The notes beneath the pieces are model-generated. The model saw only the letters and a list, made by a program, of their open reading frames with translations, ran no database searches and was not told the DNA's origin. Positions 37,629 through 43,530 of a stretch of 43,530 nt of DNA are shown here, in pieces. Origin of the DNA: Chlamydiota bacterium (GTDB lineage: Bacteria; Chlamydiota; Chlamydiia; Chlamydiales; RGXB01); the NCBI GenBank assembly GCA_947494155.1, contig CANLTW010000011.1, positions 1 through 43,530 of the forward strand, written 5' to 3'. The position numbers were made by a program, and so were the translations under genes. Numbering within the stretch: position 1 is the first letter of the stretch; each line of letters begins with the position of its first letter.

Positions 37629-39746
37629 TCAAACGAGGGGGTAGCTTGAGGTACTTTTTGATCCCAAACAATCATCTACAAACGCCTCAATTTCATCTTC
37701 TTTTAAATCAAAGCTCATTTGGGCATATTCCATGACCTTTTTCTCTTTGTTGTCATTTATACGGGACAAGAGCTCACCAATTTCTGATTTTTCAGACTCA
37801 TTCGAGGCTTTTGGCAGCGTTTCATTTAAAGATCGTTTCTTTTCTTCTAAAATTTGATCTACTCTTTGTTTCCTTGAAGTATATTCTCTCTGAATATGAT
37901 GAACCTGACCCTCGTTGAATGCAGGGAATCCCTCTCGATATACTTTTTCAAGTTTAGTCGCTATAAAATCTTTTTCCTGTTCTCTTATATCTTGTAATGT
38001 AGCTGTGAAAGCCTTGACCTTTACAAACCTTTCTGTTTTTGGTTGAATAAAATTTGTAAAATCTTCTTGTACACCCTCTTGTTGAAACTCTTCAAACCAT
38101 CTTGCTTGAAGCTCATCTGGTATATCGTCTATTTTTAAAGATTGTGACAATTTAAAAATATCCAAAGCTATTTTTTTGAGCTCTAGGTCAAACCTTTTCC
38201 CTTTGAATGGGAAAACGGCATTATTAGAATTTGTGCTGGTTTGTTCCGCTCTAACTTCTTTTAATCTAGCATCACTAGAATTAAAAAAGGCTTTTAAATA
38301 TTCATAAATGTCCTTTTGAGTTAGATCAGACAGAACCTTTCTATATTTCAAAACACTGAGAGAAAGAAAGTATCTTACAAAATTAAGATAATTATCACCT
38401 ATATGATAGCTATCACTCCTTCTACGACCTATTACCTCTTTAGCAATTTCCATCCCGCTCAAATCATGAATCTTAGTACCATTAACTTCCTTATCTAAGA
38501 GGACCTTTAGAGCTCTTCCACAATCTTCCTCAGTTTTTGTAAGGAGATCTTTTTTGTACCCTTCTACCTCTGTAGTAATACCATCCACCAAAGCCCTTGC
38601 TTTTGGTAAAACATCTTCATCGCACTTTTCTAATATTTGGACACGTAAGCCTCTAGAGATACAGGCTTTCATCCAACTGGCTATAGGTGTTGAAAGATTG
38701 GCTCCGTAAAGCTTAGCATGACAGTCCATCTCTTTATCGGTTGAAAACTCCTCCTTACCGCCCATACGACTAAAAATTCCTGTGGGAGGAATGTAGGGAA
38801 ACTGTCCCGATTTAAAAAACTCATAAAATGCGGACAAACTATTTTGGTCATTTCTGTACCCTTTGCACTCGGCAATGAATCTCTGAATCGCACCATTCTT
38901 TTGCTGTTTTTGCTTAACTTTGGAGAGTGAAAAAAAGGACACCTCCTTTACTGATGCTTCCTGGAGGTTTAAGCTTAATTGATCAAGATCTACGTCGAGA
39001 AATGCTAAAATTTTCCCCACATTTGGAGCTTCGGTTTGCCAAGAATACTCAAGAGCATAATTTCGTTTAGCATTCTTTATTGTTTCACCGGTTATGTTGA
39101 TAGGGGGGTTTAACAATCTTAAGAGATTTATTACCTGGTCTACTTGTTGTTCAGGTTTTTTTTTCACATCGAGAGTCAAATACGGATCTAAGGCTTTACA
39201 ATTCCCAGATAATTGGTCAAACATTTTCTGTGTCGTTGTTCCAAAACGATTAGGACCTATCTGAAAAGCGACTCTTGGGGTTTGAATTTTCGCCAGATTA
39301 TCTATTCTATTTAGAAAAGAGTCCGCTGATTGTTGTATTGATTTAGCTTGATCAGGAAGTAAATGGGTTTTAAGCAATTCAGGGATGAATATGGTTTTAA
39401 GCGTTGCCCCTTGTATAGGTTCGAGGGTTTGTGGGTCTAACTGACCTACAGGATAAAAGACAATTCTTCCACTAACCAAATCAAATGTGGTGATTCGCCC
39501 TTCAAGCCCTAAATGTTCATTTAAAAGATCCCATAATTCTTGGCCTAGTTTTTTTAACTCTGCTTCTTTTGATTTAATCCCTGAAATCTGGAATCCAGTT
39601 CCCGAATCGAAGGTGGCTATTTGCACCTTTGGACTTAAAAAAAAGGGCGATGCTACAGCATCGACCCTTTGCGTTTGTGGATTTGTTAAAGCTGAACTCA
39701 CTCGAGCGTATGATCCACCCGATACCCGGCTGACACCACCACTCAT
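37629..39746 (-). CDS. Large hypothetical protein, candidate T3SS effector
   Basis: S/G-rich N-terminus MSGGVSRVSGGS; no TM segment or recognisable domain; 5 nt downstream of the CopD-like gene. Confidence 0.55.
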   Translation of the reverse strand: MSGGVSRVSGGSYARVSSALTNPQTQRVDAVASPFFLSPKVQIATFDSGTGFQISGIKSKEAELKKLGQELWDLLNEHLGLEGRITTFDLVSGRIVFYPVGQLDPQTLEPIQGATLKTIFIPELLKTHLLPDQAKSIQQSADSFLNRIDNLAKIQTPRVAFQIGPNRFGTTTQKMFDQLSGNCKALDPYLTLDVKKKPEQQVDQVINLLRLLNPPINITGETIKNAKRNYALEYSWQTEAPNVGKILAFLDVDLDQLSLNLQEASVKEVSFFSLSKVKQKQQKNGAIQRFIAECKGYRNDQNSLSAFYEFFKSGQFPYIPPTGIFSRMGGKEEFSTDKEMDCHAKLYGANLSTPIASWMKACISRGLRVQILEKCDEDVLPKARALVDGITTEVEGYKKDLLTKTEEDCGRALKVLLDKEVNGTKIHDLSGMEIAKEVIGRRRSDSYHIGDNYLNFVRYFLSLSVLKYRKVLSDLTQKDIYEYLKAFFNSSDARLKEVRAEQTSTNSNNAVFPFKGKRFDLELKKIALDIFKLSQSLKIDDIPDELQARWFEEFQQEGVQEDFTNFIQPKTERFVKVKAFTATLQDIREQEKDFIATKLEKVYREGFPAFNEGQVHHIQREYTSRKQRVDQILEEKKRSLNETLPKASNESEKSEIGELLSRINDNKEKKVMEYAQMSFDLKEDEIEAFVDDCLGSKSTSSYPLV

Positions 39747-39751
39747 TTACA

Positions 39752-40618
39752 CTATCCTCTTCCAAATTGATTCATTGAGTTAATCAAAGATTCTGCCGCT
39801 CTGCTTGCGTCATCATTTGCTTTTTGTAAGGCGGCATCCTGTTTTTGCTTTACTGTATCATTCATATTTTGAGCATTGCTTTCTAATGAGTTATCCTTAT
39901 CGTAAGATGCCTTTCTAGCTTTTGTAGGAGCCTCATACTGCCCTTTAACAATCGAGTTACTTGTGTTTTGGGCTATATCTCTTCCGATAGTATTAAACTG
40001 GCTAAACTTTCTTTGAGCTTCATAACGATCATTTGTTTTTCTGCTTATAACATCATTCGTTTGCTTCAAAAAGCTCTCTTTTTGCTTCAAATTGAGCTTA
40101 TCAAAGATTTTCTGCAGGTCTGCGCCATTAACATCTACCTTAAGCTTATCGTCGCTAACTACATACTTTTTGCCAGAGCTTAATACATTCCCATCTTCAT
40201 CAAGGCCCTTGGATTTTACTAACGTTTTTGCCATACTGTCGAGATCTTGAGCGTTTTCAGTACCCCCAGTATTCGAATTCGCCGCTGCATCTATTTTTTT
40301 CATTTGGGTAAGCTTTTCCAATTCACTTGTGTCGAATTTTTTCGTATGAATTGCCTCATTTGCTCCCTCTAAACCTGCAGAGAACAAAGAAGTTGCTGCG
40401 TTTACTGCTGAGCTTGCGCACTCTTGCATAGAGATTTGCGCATCCATCGCCCCTGAGTCTACTATCGCTTCCGCAACGCTCATTGCAAATGTACGGCTAT
40501 TGCTGATGCTTTTTTGTTCTAATTCGCTGTACAAATTCGTGCTTAGAGATGCATTAAGCTGCATATTTCCCAAAAACTTTGCTGAAGCTACAACCGCTGC
40601 TGATGTCAACTGTGTCAT
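39752..40618 (-). CDS. CopD/SctB-like minor translocator (putative)
   Basis: A/S/Q/N-rich helical protein; AEAIVDSG..DA...ASSAVNAATSLFSAG amphipathic segment; C-terminal coiled coil; follows the SctE-like gene. Confidence 0.55.
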   Translation of the reverse strand: MTQLTSAAVVASAKFLGNMQLNASLSTNLYSELEQKSISNSRTFAMSVAEAIVDSGAMDAQISMQECASSAVNAATSLFSAGLEGANEAIHTKKFDTSELEKLTQMKKIDAAANSNTGGTENAQDLDSMAKTLVKSKGLDEDGNVLSSGKKYVVSDDKLKVDVNGADLQKIFDKLNLKQKESFLKQTNDVISRKTNDRYEAQRKFSQFNTIGRDIAQNTSNSIVKGQYEAPTKARKASYDKDNSLESNAQNMNDTVKQKQDAALQKANDDASRAAESLINSMNQFGRG

Positions 40619-40640
40619 TTGAATTACCTCTTATATTATT

Positions 40641-42209
40641 TTAATTAAGTTTAAAAGCAGTTTTTGAAGCCTTTACCATCATGTCCAGCATATTGAAAAA
40701 GAATGATGAGTTTTTCGCTGCCTCTTTTTGAATTTGATCTCTCACTTCACTTGTGGTGTCGATCGAAAATTTCACCTTCGCTAATTCGCCTTTATAGTCT
40801 GCAATTTCTGTTTGTGTGTCAGCTGTCTGCTTGAATATAGAGGATAAAATCGCCGCAGTAACCCCCTGCCCTACCATCGAAATAGCTTGTATAGCTCTCG
40901 ACACTTTAAGCATCAATTGCATTCTAGAAGGGTTGAATATCTGTGTAGATCCTTTAAATCCATTCAAACAATCCGTACAAGAAGAAGCTACCCCGTAACA
41001 TAAAGAGGTGAGTGCTCCGAAAATTGCTCCCCCTAGCTCTGCCTCTCCCTTGAGTTTTTGCTTATCTAGGTCACTCATCCCAGGTCTTAGGCCCGCGTTA
41101 TAATAAATATCTGAAAAAGCATCTCCAAGCGGGTTAAACATGGTCATGTCTATTTGCATTCCTAATTTAGCCCCGGCCTTTAAACCCTCTTTAAGGATAT
41201 CAAGTGTTTCTTTAGAGAAAGCTTTTTTTTCTGCATTTTCGACCTGGGACTTAGCCGCCTCTTTCAAAATAGCCTCTTTAAGCTTTTCCGCAGCCTCTTT
41301 TTCAGTTTTCTTAGCTGCCCCAGTAGCTCCGTTTTCAGCTGCGTTTTCAGCTCCGTCTTGAGCCGCTGTTGTAGCTCCAGTTTCAACTGCGCTTTCAGCT
41401 CCGGTCTTAGCTGCGTTTTCAGCTCCGTTTTCAGCTCCGTTTTCAGCTCCCTCTTGAGCCGCTGTTGTAGCTCCGTCTTGAGCCGCTGTTGTAACTCCGG
41501 TTTCAGCGGCGTCTACTGCTACATTTTTCGCGCTATTCGCAGCCGCTTCTGCAACCCCGGCACCACATGTTAAAACTAGAACGCACGCATCTATAATCAG
41601 ATCAGCTGCCCATTTTTTACCACCGCAAGCATCGGTTAATTTGTCCATTACAGTTTTTCCGTCTTTATCTTGGATATTGGACATACATTGTTGTGCTGCT
41701 ATACAGGCTGCCATTAAAACACCGGCTGCAGTGCCAGTTCCTAATGTCATCACAGCCATGAGACCCGCCAAAATATATCCAAAAATAGCCATCGACTTCT
41801 GCGACTCTTCTGCTTTTTGTTTTTCTTTTGCGTAATCAGTAAGAGCTTGGGTAGTTTTAGCTGAGACCGCCTCTCCATCCCTTTGCATAGTATTTGCATT
41901 ATTGACCATTAGGTCGCTCATCTCCCCGTTGAGCTTCATCGTGGCGACAGCCGTGTCTGTCATTTTAGAGACCAACTCTAAATAACCCTCTAAATAGGCC
42001 ACATGTTTAGCTACCGTTTTGGTAGAGATTTTCTCTTTTTTACCTTGTGGGCGAAGATCTCTTAAAAGATCTCCTTGTTGGTAGTTTTCCAAATCACCCA
42101 ACGTTTGTCGCGCCTGAGCCACATGAATATCTTGAAGTGTAGAGCCTGAGAGGTTTCTGTCATAATCAACCTGAATCGAGGGGGTAATTTTTTGAATTGG
42201 TGTAATCAT
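40641..42209 (-). CDS. CopB/SctE-like major translocator with tandem-repeat insert
   Basis: Coiled coil, then hydrophobic IFGYILAGLMAVMTLGTGTAAGVLMAACIAA, further hydrophobic segments, C-terminal coiled coil. Confidence 0.68.
   Translation of the reverse strand: MITPIQKITPSIQVDYDRNLSGSTLQDIHVAQARQTLGDLENYQQGDLLRDLRPQGKKEKISTKTVAKHVAYLEGYLELVSKMTDTAVATMKLNGEMSDLMVNNANTMQRDGEAVSAKTTQALTDYAKEKQKAEESQKSMAIFGYILAGLMAVMTLGTGTAAGVLMAACIAAQQCMSNIQDKDGKTVMDKLTDACGGKKWAADLIIDACVLVLTCGAGVAEAAANSAKNVAVDAAETGVTTAAQDGATTAAQEGAENGAENGAENAAKTGAESAVETGATTAAQDGAENAAENGATGAAKKTEKEAAEKLKEAILKEAAKSQVENAEKKAFSKETLDILKEGLKAGAKLGMQIDMTMFNPLGDAFSDIYYNAGLRPGMSDLDKQKLKGEAELGGAIFGALTSLCYGVASSCTDCLNGFKGSTQIFNPSRMQLMLKVSRAIQAISMVGQGVTAAILSSIFKQTADTQTEIADYKGELAKVKFSIDTTSEVRDQIQKEAAKNSSFFFNMLDMMVKASKTAFKLN
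41311..41510 (-). repeat. In-frame minisatellite (12- and 24-bp units)
   Basis: + strand TTTCAGCTCCGT repeats (GAEN) and GCTCCGTCTTGAGCCGCTGTTGTA repeats (TTAAQDGA). Confidence 0.9.
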
Positions 42210-42227
42210 ATAACTAATTCCCAGTTT

Positions 42228-42794
42228 TTATAATTTTACTGAAGCTGAGGTAATCGTTTGAATAAAGGCTTGCAACATGCTAGCTAAAGTAGTAAGGCCC
42301 GACGTCCCGTTCGTCACTACACCCATCGCTCCTTGAGTGATGTTACCGAAGGTCTGATCAGCTGCATTACCTGCTGTTGTAATCGCCGATGCAGCTGATG
42401 AGTAGTAAGTGTGCACCGTAGAAATCGAATCGAGAGGAACAGAAGGAGCCCCATTAGGAATAATCAATTGTTGAACATACGGATCAGTAATCCCAAGAGT
42501 GTTTAAATTTGTACGACCATCACCGGGGGTAAGAAATAGCTGATCATTTTCACCGCACTGACTTTGAAGAATTTGAAACAACTTCTGCGCCTGCTCCATG
42601 CGATTCTCAGTCACCTGTTTTTGTTCATTAGCCAGAGGAAGAAGACTTTGAGCCCATGTGGCTGCGTTGCTAAAATCGTTGTTTGTCTCCTCATAGGCCT
42701 CCATAGCAGCCTTGTAAGCAAAAATAATCCCCTTATGAGCCGCAACTGGTGTTGGTTCATCTCTAAGTGTTTTATGTGCTACTGAGTGCGCCAT
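42228..42794 (-). CDS. Helical secreted-type protein (EspA/SseB- or DUF720-like, putative)
   Basis: N- and C-terminal A/T/S/Q-rich amphipathic helices around a short globular insert; SD GGGG; first gene of the cassette. Confidence 0.45.
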   Translation of the reverse strand: MAHSVAHKTLRDEPTPVAAHKGIIFAYKAAMEAYEETNNDFSNAATWAQSLLPLANEQKQVTENRMEQAQKLFQILQSQCGENDQLFLTPGDGRTNLNTLGITDPYVQQLIIPNGAPSVPLDSISTVHTYYSSAASAITTAGNAADQTFGNITQGAMGVVTNGTSGLTTLASMLQAFIQTITSASVKL

Positions 42795-42799
42795 GGTTT

Positions 42800-43286
42800 T
42801 CCCCTTATCTTTTTTCTTTTTGCCGGAAGCGCCGTGGTATTGCCAATTACAACACCTTCTAGGCCTTTACTTCCCATTTCGCAGGTAGCCAAAATCCTCA
42901 AAACACCTGAACAGCTGAAAAACCGGATTCATTTGGTTTATGAGACCTACAGCAGGCGCTCTGATGCTCTGGCCGAGCTAAGAGAAATCCTTCCAAAGCA
43001 TGCAGAAAAAATTGGTATCATTTGTTCCGTCGATGATACGGAGGTCTCTTTGTGGAAGCCATTTATCAGCGACAGAAGAGTCTATCATATTAAGACCATA
43101 GATAAGATGAATGATATGGAGTGCGTGATTATTAATATGGACTCTGATGAGGCGAAATCAAAGGAGCAAGTTCAAATTATCATGCAACTTAAAAACTCGA
43201 AAAAATGGAAGGCAAGCAGTTTAATACCGATTACATTAAAAATTCAAGGGGGTCAACAATATTGGGTTGTTTATTGTCGAAGCTGA
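42800..43286 (+). pseudogene. C-terminal fragment of a membrane protein (5' part absent)
   Basis: Frame opens in a TM helix with no SD or convincing start, then PSRPLLP, VY..Y..R.DAL, D.EVSLW.P, recalled from C-termini of GT-C-like membrane proteins. Confidence 0.45.
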
Positions 43287-43359
43287 TATTTTTTTGAAAA
43301 CTTTCTGCGTTTTTAAAATATAAGCTTATCAGTAAAACATTCAAAAATTGCGCTTATAA

Positions 43360-43530
43360 ATGAATAACTATAATATTAAAATACTCACTTCAATTGTTGC
43401 GGTGATATCCCTACTTGCATCACTTTATATTGGATCAAAAATTGCTGAGGAAAATTATTTTAATTTAGCTTTTTGCTGCGCTTTAGTTGGGTTTGCATTT
43501 TACGCTTTAGTAATAAATAAGTATTGGGTT
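43360..43530 (+). CDS. Partial membrane protein (possibly Wzy/O-antigen ligase-like), runs off the window
   Basis: Open frame from ATG 43360: MNNYNIKILTSIVAVISLLASLYIGSKIAEENYFNLAFCCALVGFAFYALVINKYWV, two TM helices. Confidence 0.5.
   Translation, partial: MNNYNIKILTSIVAVISLLASLYIGSKIAEENYFNLAFCCALVGFAFYALVINKYWV

Noticed and set aside
41311..41510. Possible CRISPR array
   Set aside because: In-frame coding minisatellite with no unique spacers and no cas genes

Overview
Chromosomal segment of an environmental (non-Chlamydiaceae) member of the Chlamydiae. Support: chlamydial gene order (recO-yidD-LysM-pheT-MORN lipoprotein; rluD-KH-tRNA-Arg-kdsA-lptB; mreB/SNF2/tRNA-Gly/tig/clpP/clpX) plus asnS, which Chlamydiaceae lack. 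Most of the window is compact housekeeping sequence with four tRNAs. Accessory parts: (i) a four-gene minus-strand operon at 37629-42794 resembling a type III secretion translocon cassette (filament/tip-like protein, CopB/SctE-like translocator with a tandem-repeat insert, CopD/SctB-like translocator, large effector-like protein), with no adjacent chaperone gene and abutting a 5'-truncated, foreign-looking membrane-protein gene; (ii) an island between SNF2 and mreB (Inc-like protein, broken FkbM methyltransferase, secreted glycosyltransferase, NUDIX); (iii) a lone secreted glycan-related ORF. Also notable: an unannotated ~120-nt structured RNA candidate with its own promoter (767-888), a PheT lacking its B2 domain, a large DHH/CBS-like protein, and several apparently leaderless genes. 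Family assignments come from motif recognition and recall, not database searches.
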